DNA from: Candidatus Omnitrophota bacterium
GTDB taxonomy: Bacteria; Omnitrophota; Gorgyraeia; JAGLLT01
Length of the DNA stretch: 34,380 nucleotides
Direction: 5' to 3'
Assembly (NCBI GenBank): GCA_023140385.1
Contig: JAGLLT010000039.1
Coordinates: forward strand, 1-34,380
Below, one piece after another: positions 1-8,600 of this stretch (position 1 is its first letter; each line of letters opens with the position of its first letter). The notes below the pieces were generated by a model. It was not told the origin of the DNA. It made no database searches and saw only the letters and a program-made list of their open reading frames with translations. The translations under genes and the position numbers were made by a program.

Positions 1-462
1 CAGACTGATCCGGTGGGGTATGAGGATTCAATGAACCTGTATCAGTACTGCCTGAACAATCCTCTTAACTTTACTGATCCATTAGGGTTATTTTGCTGGG
101 GAGAGTTAGCTTGGTGGGAAAAATTTGGAAAAGGATATTATTATGGAACTGGCACTGGAATAAAAGCGAGTGAATATTGGGCAGATAGATACGCAGAGAC
201 AGGAAATCCTCTATATGCTATTCCTGGAACCCTTTCTGAATCCTGGAGGCCTAAGACATTTAGAGGAACAGGCTTCACATTAATAAGTGCGGCTACGTTG
301 GGTCAAGCACCAACAAGCGCGAAGGTTAAAGTGCATCCCCCGCACCATACTTTTAAAATATTTGGAAAGAAACGAGCACTAAAACACATACAAATGGATT
401 TATGGAAAAAAGGCATTAAGGGAAGTGGAAGATCTATCCGCGTGCCATTGCCGGGAAAATAG
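1..462 (+). CDS. RHS/YD-repeat polymorphic toxin, 3' end (RHS core end plus C-terminal toxin domain); truncated by the left window edge
   Basis: Frame 1 is open from base 1: QTDPVGYEDSMNLYQYCLNNPLNFTDPLGL, the RHS-core terminal signature (DPxG...NLYxY..NNP....DPxGL). It is followed by about 120 aa of variable C-terminal sequence. The GTG at 13 is internal, not a real start. Confidence 0.92.
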   Translation, partial: QTDPVGYEDSMNLYQYCLNNPLNFTDPLGLFCWGELAWWEKFGKGYYYGTGTGIKASEYWADRYAETGNPLYAIPGTLSESWRPKTFRGTGFTLISAATLGQAPTSAKVKVHPPHHTFKIFGKKRALKHIQMDLWKKGIKGSGRSIRVPLPGK

Positions 463-512
463 AGTTCTAACTAAAATATAAACCTTTTATTTTTATAAAA
501 AAGCGACGATCT

Positions 513-770
513 ATGAAAAAAGAAGATTTAAAAAGAGCTTTGCTTAACGAGAAAGAAAAATATGAAAGTAAAACCTTTGATCAATTAGTTAAGATTGATA
601 AACCGGTAACCTATGAATGTGGTTCTGGAAAAGATTGGTATCAGGTTGAGATACAAGTATTAGAAAAGAACGATAAATATGTACATGTCGTTGTTTCAGT
701 AGACGATGGGAGATTGTGGCGGACTATTTTGCCGCTAACAAGCAGTTTTATAGTGTATAAAGATAAGTGA
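513..770 (+). CDS. Putative cognate immunity protein (85 aa, cytoplasmic)
   Basis: Small AT-rich ORF immediately downstream of the RHS toxin tip, with no signal peptide or TM segment. Function is inferred from position only. Confidence 0.65.
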   Translation: MKKEDLKRALLNEKEKYESKTFDQLVKIDKPVTYECGSGKDWYQVEIQVLEKNDKYVHVVVSVDDGRLWRTILPLTSSFIVYKDK

Positions 771-795
771 GATGTGAAAAGTAAGAAGAGTGTAT

Positions 796-1269
796 ATGGA
801 TAAAAAAGCTATCTATTTATTAATAGGTTTTTTTTGTTTTGCTTGCTTCCCGGTGGCATTGTCGGCGGATGAAAAAGGAGATATTGCAATGGAAGATATT
901 TTTCTAAATTTTGATTATCAGAAAAATATAGTTATAAATTCATATGTAGTTAGTGAAGAAGATATTGCTGATTTATTTAAGGAAAGTAGCGAACTAAGCA
1001 ATTTCAAGCCAAAGACCTTTTCTGAACTACAGGATAAAGAATTATTCTTGGTGTTGAAATTAAGCAATAAAGCTAACAGTGCTTTTTGGGGGATGCTTAA
1101 CTGTAAGATAGACGGGATTATAAGAGATACAAAAGTTTATTTGAATTTATGTGGAGCGCATCAAAAAACAGGTAGGTACGTGATCCCACTAAAAGAAAAA
1201 CCCGTTAATATAGATGAACAATCTATTCCAAATGTAAGCACTTCGTGGGAAAAGTTATATGTAAAATGA
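796..1269 (+). CDS. Hypothetical secreted protein, possible orphan immunity protein
   Basis: ATG at 796 (ORF track starts at GTG 790). N-terminal signal peptide KKAIYLLIGFFCFACFPVALSA/DE. Lies in the AT-rich block after the RHS gene. Confidence 0.6.
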   Translation: MDKKAIYLLIGFFCFACFPVALSADEKGDIAMEDIFLNFDYQKNIVINSYVVSEEDIADLFKESSELSNFKPKTFSELQDKELFLVLKLSNKANSAFWGMLNCKIDGIIRDTKVYLNLCGAHQKTGRYVIPLKEKPVNIDEQSIPNVSTSWEKLYVK

Positions 1270-1319
1270 AACCTAAAGAACCAAAGACGCAGAGGGCAAG
1301 GACCCATTGATAAAGAAAG

Positions 1320-1727
1320 GTGCGGCAAGTGAATCTATCAAAGAAAAAAAGTTTTGTTTATCTATCATTTTTTATATTAATAGCGTTAACTACATATGTA
1401 AATATAGTATTTATCCGGATATCTTTTCTTAAAACAATCCAAGGAGAAAATGTAATACTTTTAATTACGTTATTGTTAATTGATTTATCCTATATGTTGA
1501 TTTTAATATTTCGAAAAGAGTGGTTGTTTAAAATGTTAAAGTATTTAATTATATTTTTTAGTTCAATAATATGCGTCGTTTTTTCTATCTTTTTCTTAGT
1601 TAGTAGTATCGGAAACTTAACAAAATCAAATATAGTATTTTTGCTATTAGTTTGTTTTTGGTTGATACTATTTTATATTTGCAATTACATATTATTTTTA
1701 AATAAGGGAATGATTATTAGGAAATAG
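1320..1727 (+). CDS. Hypothetical 4-TM membrane protein, possible orphan immunity protein
   Basis: Four hydrophobic segments, extremely AT-rich codons, last gene of the RHS-associated block. Confidence 0.55.
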   Translation: MRQVNLSKKKSFVYLSFFILIALTTYVNIVFIRISFLKTIQGENVILLITLLLIDLSYMLILIFRKEWLFKMLKYLIIFFSSIICVVFSIFFLVSSIGNLTKSNIVFLLLVCFWLILFYICNYILFLNKGMIIRK

Positions 1728-1870
1728 TAAAAAGAATCAGCTTCACTTTTATCCGCCCTAATTGAACTGATTAACCCGCCAATCCGCTCACCGGTTAACT
1801 ATATATGACGGCCATAACTTTATACCCGTTAAAGCGGGAATGAGTTTAACGTGTTAATCCACACCAATTG

Positions 1871-1899
1871 TCCCACCTCGTAGGTGGGATGGGTTTTTT
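1871..1899 (+). terminator. Probable intrinsic terminator closing the RHS block
   Basis: Perfect 8-bp stem TCCCACCT-cgt-AGGTGGGA (1871-1889) followed by tggg and a T6 run. Confidence 0.55.
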
Positions 1900-1919
1900 A
1901 TACTTTTTTAAAAAATAAC

Positions 1920-1948
1920 TTGAAATTAGCTCTTTTTTCTGTAACAAT
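1920..1948 (+). promoter_or_regulatory. Possible sigma70 promoter for the HARP gene (near-leaderless)
   Basis: TTGAAA (1920-1925), 17 bp spacer, AACAAT (1943-1948). ATG is at 1958 and there is no Shine-Dalgarno sequence. Confidence 0.35.
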
Positions 1949-1957
1949 GTACTCTAA

Positions 1958-2527
1958 ATGAAAAAAGAGCGTATAGTTTTAGATACCAGTGTGTTTGTTA
2001 ATCCGGAAGCGAAATATGAATTTGGCAGGAAGCCGACCTCTGCTTTTTTGAACTTTTTGAAGCTGGCTGAGAAGGCAAAAGATGTAAGATTTTATATGCC
2101 TCCTTCGGTTTTTGATGAGTTGATGAACTTTGTTGATAGCAGTAAAATTCCGGATAAGTCTCTGCTCGCCGTACACAAAAAGGCCCCAAAAAGATATGAG
2201 CTGAAACTGCCGGCTCTTTTTCTTTATGAGCTTATTCATGATATTAGAAAAAGGGTTGATAGAGGCCTGAGGATAGCAGAGCGGGGGGTGCGCGAGGCTC
2301 AGGGGCAGGAGAAGGTGGATGATGTCATAAAGAAGCTGAGGCACAGCTACAGGGTTGCCCTGCGAACGGATACCCTGGATAGCCGGGAGGATATTGACTT
2401 GATTCTTTTGGCAAAGGAGTTGGGCGCCGCCCTGGTAACTATTGATAACGGGGTAATTCTCTGGGCGCATAAGTTAGGAATAAAGTGCCTTGAGGCTAAA
2501 GAATTAAAGAGTATTTTAGAAGGATAA
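1958..2527 (+). CDS. RNA-free (protein-only) ribonuclease P, HARP/Aq880 family (PIN_5; older annotation 'RNA ligase partner protein')
   Basis: Motifs VLDTSVFVNPE, FYMPPSVFDEL, LPALFLYELIHDIRKRVDRGLRIAE (spike helix), LDSREDIDLILLAKELGA and VTIDNGV..WAHKLGI. Length is 189 aa and the PIN-type acidic residues are present. Confidence 0.9.
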   Translation: MKKERIVLDTSVFVNPEAKYEFGRKPTSAFLNFLKLAEKAKDVRFYMPPSVFDELMNFVDSSKIPDKSLLAVHKKAPKRYELKLPALFLYELIHDIRKRVDRGLRIAERGVREAQGQEKVDDVIKKLRHSYRVALRTDTLDSREDIDLILLAKELGAALVTIDNGVILWAHKLGIKCLEAKELKSILEG

Positions 2528-2545
2528 ACGAAAGGAATATTAATT

Positions 2546-3031
2546 ATGACAGAAGAAAAGAACGAGCAGCAAAATGCTGAAGAAACACCGGAAGTAAAAG
2601 AACAGGAAGTAAAAGAAGTACAGCCGGCGCCGGCTGAAGAAACAAAGCCTGAGGCGGAAGAAGTCAAAGCTGAAGAAGTCAAACCGGCAGAGCCGGCAGA
2701 AGAAATAAAGCCCGAAGAAAAAACTGAAGAAAAACCTTCTGAAGAAAAGAAAGAAGAACCAAAAAAAGAAGAACCGTCAGCCGAACCTGTAGCAGAGGAG
2801 AAAAAGGAAGAAGCACAGCCCGCGCAGGAAGCTCCTAAAAAAGAGGAGCCCAAGCCGGTAGCACCCGCCAAACCGGCAGATGAGAAAAAAGGAAAAGGCC
2901 GGAACAAAATCAATAAGATGACGCTGAATGAAGTTGAGAAGAAAATTAGCGAGACCAAAGATAAGATGGGCAATTTTACTTCAAAGTACGCTCAAGCCCT
3001 GCTTAAGAGAAGAGACAAACTAAAAAACTAA
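2546..3031 (+). CDS. Hypothetical protein: long E/K/P/A-rich disordered region plus a ~45-aa basic helical C-terminal domain
   Basis: AAGGA RBS upstream. Low-complexity repeats (EEVK, KPAE, EEKK), then KINKMTLNEVEKKISETKDKMGNFTSKYAQALLKRRDKL. Confidence 0.75.
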   Translation: MTEEKNEQQNAEETPEVKEQEVKEVQPAPAEETKPEAEEVKAEEVKPAEPAEEIKPEEKTEEKPSEEKKEEPKKEEPSAEPVAEEKKEEAQPAQEAPKKEEPKPVAPAKPADEKKGKGRNKINKMTLNEVEKKISETKDKMGNFTSKYAQALLKRRDKLKN

Positions 3032-3146
3032 AAGTGCAAAGCGTAAAGCGAAAAACGTAAAACCATAGTGTAAAATTCAAAATAAAGCAGGTAGTTTTAA
3101 GTTTTGAATTATCGTTTTCAGTTTTGCGCTTTTAGCTTTACGTTTA
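3031..3146. repeat. Heptamer tandem repeat (AAAGCGN-like) with an inverted copy, forming a long imperfect hairpin
   Basis: aaagtgc aaagcgt aaagcga aaaacgt aaaacca (3031-3065). Segment 3038-3063 matches the reverse complement of 3121-3146 at 21/26 positions. Inner stem aattcaaaa (3074-3082) / ttttgaatt (3102-3110). Confidence 0.75.
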
Positions 3147-3160
3147 TATTGGGGGGTATT

Positions 3161-3970
3161 TTGCGGCCGCTTTTGGATTTAGAGAGGCAATTATGGGAGC
3201 AAGGATTAAAATATGTTGCCGGTATAGATGAAGTGGGCATGGGCGCGCTGGCGGGGCCGGTGGTGGCCGCGGCCGTTGTTTTTCCTCCGGATATGAATCT
3301 CCTCGAGATTAAGGATTCAAAGCAGTTAACTCCTTTAAAAAGAGAATCTTTATACCCTGTAATACAGAAGAGAGCTCTTTTCATAGGTATTGGCAAGGTT
3401 GAGGTTGAGAGGATAAACCAACTTAACAATATATATACGGCCGGCCTGGAAGCCATGAGAAAAGCCGCATGCGCGCTAAAGGTAGAACCTGAACATCTGC
3501 TTGTTGATGGCCGGCAGATTCCACACCTAAAAATACCTCAAAGCAGAATTGTCAAGGGCGATGAAGTTAATTTTTCCATCGCGGCGGCCTCTATTGTGGC
3601 TAAAGTTTACAGGGATAATTTGATGAAGAAGTACTCTGAAAAATATCCCGACTATCACTTTGCCAGGCATAAAGGTTATGCTACAGCTATCCATGTTGAA
3701 GCCTTAAAAAAATCAGGCCCTTGTGAGATTCATAGAACTTCGTACGAATTTATCAAGGGCATCTGCGGCGGATTTTCTAAAACATATTATATATTTGACA
3801 GGCAGATTAACAAGGCAAGAGAGATTAAGGAGCTTGATTTGTTGGATAATGATCTGAACCGGCGGAATTGCGAAGTAAGCCGGATAGAGCTTAAGCGCCT
3901 GAAGAGAAAAATGCAGTTTAAAAAAACCATTAAGCGAAAAAAAGAGGGGGTGGAGTATAATGATAGTTGA
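3161..3970 (+). CDS. rnhB: Ribonuclease HII with a C-terminal extension
   Basis: AGIDEVGMGALAGPVVAAAV, IKDSKQL, LLVDG, IVKGD, SIAAASIVAKVYRD and HKGY motifs. Start placed at TTG 3161 behind GGGGGG (3151-3156); the ORF-track start at 3104 lies inside the repeat hairpin. Confidence 0.93.
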   Translation: MRPLLDLERQLWEQGLKYVAGIDEVGMGALAGPVVAAAVVFPPDMNLLEIKDSKQLTPLKRESLYPVIQKRALFIGIGKVEVERINQLNNIYTAGLEAMRKAACALKVEPEHLLVDGRQIPHLKIPQSRIVKGDEVNFSIAAASIVAKVYRDNLMKKYSEKYPDYHFARHKGYATAIHVEALKKSGPCEIHRTSYEFIKGICGGFSKTYYIFDRQINKAREIKELDLLDNDLNRRNCEVSRIELKRLKRKMQFKKTIKRKKEGVEYNDS

Positions 3971-4283
3971 TTTAACGGATGGAAATTTTGAAGGTGAAGT
4001 ACTAAAATCAGAGATTCCGGTGCTTATTGATTTCTGGGCTGAGTGGTGCGGCCCCTGTAAAATAATGACTCCTGTTATAGAAGAACTTGAGGAGGAATAC
4101 GCGGGTAAGCTGAAGATAGCCAAGTTAAATGTTGATGAAGCCAGAGAAACGGCTTCTACCTACGGCATAATGAGCATACCTACTCTAATTCTTTTTAATC
4201 AGGGCGCGGAGGTTGACCGTCTTTCAGGGGCAATGCCCAAAGACCCCCTTGTTCACTGGATAGAGTCTAAGGTTAATTTATAA
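3960..4283 (+). CDS. trxA: Thioredoxin
   Basis: DFWAEWCGPCK active site, IMSIPTL cis-Pro loop, 107 aa. Confidence 0.96.
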   Translation: MIVDLTDGNFEGEVLKSEIPVLIDFWAEWCGPCKIMTPVIEELEEEYAGKLKIAKLNVDEARETASTYGIMSIPTLILFNQGAEVDRLSGAMPKDPLVHWIESKVNL

Positions 4284-4299
4284 AGCGGAAAGGCTTAAA

Positions 4300-4983
4300 T
4301 TGAAGAAATTAACTTTTACTCCCCGGGCAGTTATCTTTGATATGGATGGTGTTATTACAGATACTATGGGTTATCATTATACCGCCTGGAAAAATGCCTT
4401 TGCCGCTCATGGAATTAAGGTTGGCTATTATGATATTTATCTAAGAGAAGGACAAAAGGGGTTGGAGACAGCATGGGAGTTAATGGAAAAAAATGGCCTC
4501 AAGCCTTCTAAGGCCGGAGCTGGAAAAATCTTGAGGCTGAAGGAAAAGTTTTTTAAAGAGATATCCAGGCCAAAGTTAATCAGCGGGTCAAAAAGCCTTA
4601 TCAGAGACCTGAAAAATGCCGGTTTTATATTAGCCCTTGTTACCGGTACCGCGAGAAGTGAGATAAAGCATATCCTGCCCGACAAGATGCTATCTTCATT
4701 TGACTTTAGTGTAACCGGCAATGAGGTTAGATCCGGCAAGCCCAACCCCGAACCTTATCTCAAGGCGCTAAAAAACCTGAATCTTAAGGCCAAAGACTGC
4801 CTTGTGCTGGAAAACGCGCCTTATGGGATCAAGTCGGCTAAAAGCGCCGGACTGTACTGCGCGGCTATAACTACCTATCTGCCGCCTGAATACCTGAGAG
4901 AGGCGGATATCATTTTGAACTCCCTAAAAGAGGCAGATCAAATGCTTCTCAAGGCCGCGAAGAATATAAAGTGCCGGCCTTAA
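4300..4983 (+). CDS. HAD-superfamily hydrolase (beta-phosphoglucomutase-like, subfamily IA)
   Basis: IFDMDGVITDT motif I, VTG motif II, GKPNPEPY motif III, ENAPYG motif IV. Confidence 0.9.
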   Translation: MKKLTFTPRAVIFDMDGVITDTMGYHYTAWKNAFAAHGIKVGYYDIYLREGQKGLETAWELMEKNGLKPSKAGAGKILRLKEKFFKEISRPKLISGSKSLIRDLKNAGFILALVTGTARSEIKHILPDKMLSSFDFSVTGNEVRSGKPNPEPYLKALKNLNLKAKDCLVLENAPYGIKSAKSAGLYCAAITTYLPPEYLREADIILNSLKEADQMLLKAAKNIKCRP

Positions 4984-4997
4984 AAAGGAAATGATGC

Positions 4998-5026
4998 TTG
5001 ACTTTTTAGGGCATTAGCCTTAAAAT
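4998..5026 (+). promoter_or_regulatory. Sigma70-type promoter upstream of the PNPOx-like/PFOR genes
   Basis: TTGACT (4998-5003), 17 bp spacer, TAAAAT (5021-5026). Confidence 0.7.
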
Positions 5027-5125
5027 ATATTTAAAAGATTATCTAATCGCAGGATCAATTGTCATAACACCCATAATTTTGAGAACTTAGGCAGTATTCT
5101 ATCTGAAAAAGGAGTAGGTAAAAAA

Positions 5126-5608
5126 GTGGAATTAAGCAAGGCTATGGCCAAATTGCTGGCCAAGCATAGAATAGTTATGGTAGCCAGCGCCTCTAAGAAC
5201 GGCAAGCCCAACGCCTCTATGAAGGGAATTGTTGAGGTAATTCCCGAAGAAGGTGTCATATACTTTTTAGACCTTTATTCCCAAAAGACCAAAAAAAATC
5301 TGCTTGAAAATCCTCAGGTATCAATTTCTTTCGCGGACATTGAGGACTTTGTGGGCTATCAGTTTAAGGGGACTGTAGAGATTATTGAGGACCGTGAAAT
5401 TGTCAATAAGTACGTTGATAAATGGGAGAAGCAAAGAACGGTTTTATTAATTGAGCGGATGATTAAGAATGTACAGAAGGGCTCTTCTCATGGAAGGCAT
5501 GAAATGTATCTGCCCGACCCGAAGTATTTGGTTAAGGTAAAGGTAACTGAGATTTATGACCTCCTTCCGCAGGAACAAGGAAAGTCAAAAAAATCAAAGA
5601 AAAAGTAA
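5126..5608 (+). CDS. Pyridoxamine 5'-phosphate oxidase-like FMN-binding (split-barrel) protein
   Basis: VASASKNGKPNAS.K, KTKKNLLENPQVSI and GYQFKG patterns; AGGAG RBS before the GTG start. Confidence 0.8.
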   Translation: MELSKAMAKLLAKHRIVMVASASKNGKPNASMKGIVEVIPEEGVIYFLDLYSQKTKKNLLENPQVSISFADIEDFVGYQFKGTVEIIEDREIVNKYVDKWEKQRTVLLIERMIKNVQKGSSHGRHEMYLPDPKYLVKVKVTEIYDLLPQEQGKSKKSKKK

Positions 5609-5675
5609 TAAATAACCGCTTTAAAAGCTAATATCTCGATTATATAGCCAAAAGTTCGTAGAAATGGAGAAAGAA

Positions 5676-8600
5676 ATGAGTCGAAGAAAAATTGCTATGG
5701 ATGGCAATACCGCGGCGGCATACGCGGGACACGCCTTAAATGAGGTTATTGCTATTTATCCCATAACACCCTCCTCGGGGATAGGTGAAATGGCTGATGC
5801 CAAATCAGCCAAAGGCCAAAAAAATATCTGGGGACAGATTCCCGCTGTATCTGAACTGCAGTCGGAAGGAGGCGCTGCCGGCGCTGTGCACGGAGCCCTT
5901 TCCGCGGGCAGTCTGACGACCACCTTTACGGCTTCGCAGGGACTGCTTTTAATGATGCCTAATATGTTTAAGATTGCCGGGGAATTAACCCCGGCTGTTT
6001 TTTATGTAACAGCCAGGACGGTCGCGACTCACGCGCTTTCTATATTTTGTGACCACTCCGACATTATGGCTGTCCGCTCTACGGGATTTGCTATTCTTTC
6101 GGCCTCCAGCGTTCAGGAGGTAATGGACCTTGCCCTGGTGGCGCAGGCGGCGACGCTTGAGTCAAGAGTGCCTTTTGTCTTTACTTTTGACGGTTTTCGC
6201 ACCTCGCACGAGATTCAGAAGATTGAAGAGATAACTTTTGAAGATATGAAGGCTGTTATTAACGATGATTTTATCAAAGCGCACAGACGAAGGGCCCTGA
6301 CTCCGGATAGGCCGGCCATAAAAGGCACTTCTCAAAATCCGGATGTCTTTTTTCAGGAGAGAGAAACGGTAAATACCCATTACCAGAAAACCCCCGCTAT
6401 AATTCAGGCGGTAATGGATAGATTTGCCAAGCAGGTGGGCAGGCAGTATAAACTTTTTGAGTACATAGGAGCGCCTGACGCGGAACGTATCATCATAATT
6501 ATGGGCTCTGCCGCGGAGACTGTTCAGGAGGCGGTAGAGTTTTTAGAGGCTAAAGGCGAAAAAGTCGGCCTGGTGAAGGTTAAATTGTACAGGCCGTTCG
6601 CGATTGAAAGTTTTGTGAAATCACTTCCGGCCTCAACTAAAGCCATAACCGTTTTGGACAGAACGAAAGAACCGGGCGCTGTAGGTGAGCCCCTTTATCT
6701 AGATGTGCGTACTGCTATTAATGAGGCTATGGAAAAAGGTATTACCCCTTTTAAGATTGCTCCGGTGATTGTGGGAGGCAAGTACGGCTTGGGCTCTAAG
6801 GAATTTAATCCGGCAATGGTTAAGGCGGTTTTTGATAATCTTCTGCCTATAGACGGCGGTAAGGCTAAAAACCACTTTACCGTAGGCATCGTAGATGATG
6901 TAACCGGCGGCAGCCTTGAAGTAAACTATGATTTTTCAACGGAAGACTCCGAGACTTTTCGAGGTATCTTTTACGGCCTCGGCTCAGACGGTACAGTCGG
7001 CGCGAATAAAAATTCAATAAAGATAATCGGTGAGTTAACCGATAATTATGTTCAGGGTTACTTTGTCTATGATTCCAAAAAGGCGGGTTCCAAGACGGTA
7101 TCCCATTTGAGATTTGGCAAAAAGCCTATCCGCAGCACATACCTTATTAAGAAGGCTAATTTTGTTGCCTGTCATAACTTCTCTTTTCTTGAAAAGTACG
7201 ATATGCTTTCCTCGGCCGAAGAAAAGGCAACTTTTCTTTTGGCAAGCCCGTTTGGGAAAGAAGAGGTCTGGGATAAAATTCCCGTTGAGGTCCAGAAGCA
7301 GATAATTGATAAGAAACTGAACTTCTATATTATTCCGGCTTATAGGCTGGCATCAGAAGTTGGCCTCGGAGCCAGAATAAACGTAATTATGCAGACCGCC
7401 TTTTTTGTTATCAGCGGAATTATTCCCAAAGAAGAAGCGGTGAAAGCTATAAAGGATGCCATCAGGAAGACATATGGTAAAAAGGGAGAAAAGATTGTTT
7501 CGATGAATAGTGAGGCGGTTGATAAGGCTCAGGGAGCCATTGAGAAGGTTGACGTTCCTCAAGAAGCAACGAGTGTTATTACCAGGCCGCCTGTTGTGCC
7601 TGAGGGTGCTCCCGAATTCGTTAAAAGGGTAACGGCCGGAATAATCGCGGGTGAAGGAGACGAGCTTCCTGTTTCAGCTTTTCCGAATGACGGAACCTTT
7701 CCTACAGCTACCTCTTGTTTTGAAAAGCGCAATGTTGCCGTAGAAATTCCCGAGTGGGATCCGGAGATATGTATCCAGTGCGGCCAGTGCTCTTTGGTTT
7801 GCCCGCACGCGGCCATCAGAATGAAGATATATGATAAAGAATGCCTTGAGAAAGCGCCTGAAAGTTTTAAATCCGCTCAGGCCAAGGGCAAGAGCCTTGA
7901 AGGCAAGTCCTTTACATTGCAGGCCGCCCCGGAAGACTGTACCGGCTGCGGTGTTTGTGTAAATACCTGCCCGGTGTTCAAAAAAGATGAAAATAATAAA
8001 CCGACGGATAAAAAAGCGATAAATATGGTTTCCCAGATAGAAGTCAGGGAAAAGGAGAAAGAGAATTTTGACTTTTTCCTATCTCTGCCTGATATGAAGG
8101 TTGAGGAGCTGCCTGTAGGAATCGGAACGGTAAAGGGTTCTCAGCTTATGCGCCCGCTTTTTGAGTTTTCCGGCGCCTGTCCGGGTTGCGGCGAGACAGC
8201 TTATGTCAAACTGCTTACCCAGCTTTTTGGAGACAGGGCTTTAATAGCTAACGCTACCGGATGTTCTTCTATATATGGAGGTAATCTGCCGACAACGCCC
8301 TACTGCCGCAATAATGAGGGCAAAGGCCCTGCCTGGTCCAACTCTCTTTTTGAGGATAACGCGGAGTTTGGCTTTGGTATGAGATTGAGCATTGAGCAGA
8401 TTTCAGGAAGGGCTCGTCTTCTTCTTAATGAGTTAGCCGGCTTGGATGAATACAAGAGAGAAAGTTCTTTATTTGAAGAAATCTTAACTGCCGTCCAAAA
8501 GGAACAAGGAGATATTAATAAACAGCGGAAAAGTATAATCAAACTGAAAAAAGTTCTTTCTCAGGATAAAAAAAACAAAGCGGCGGCGGAGCTTTTTGAA

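Noticed and set aside
1958..2527. VapC toxin of a toxin-antitoxin pair
   Set aside because: Length and spike-helix motifs fit HARP, and there is no upstream antitoxin.
2347..2973. 208-aa minus-strand ORF rich in S/F/G
   Set aside because: It is the antisense shadow of the low-complexity E/K-rich gene and the HARP 3' end; no independent signal.
3104..3160. ORF-track N-terminus of RNase HII (MNYRFQFCAFSFTF...) as a signal or TM segment
   Set aside because: It is a translation of the right arm of the repeat hairpin; the RBS supports a start at 3161.
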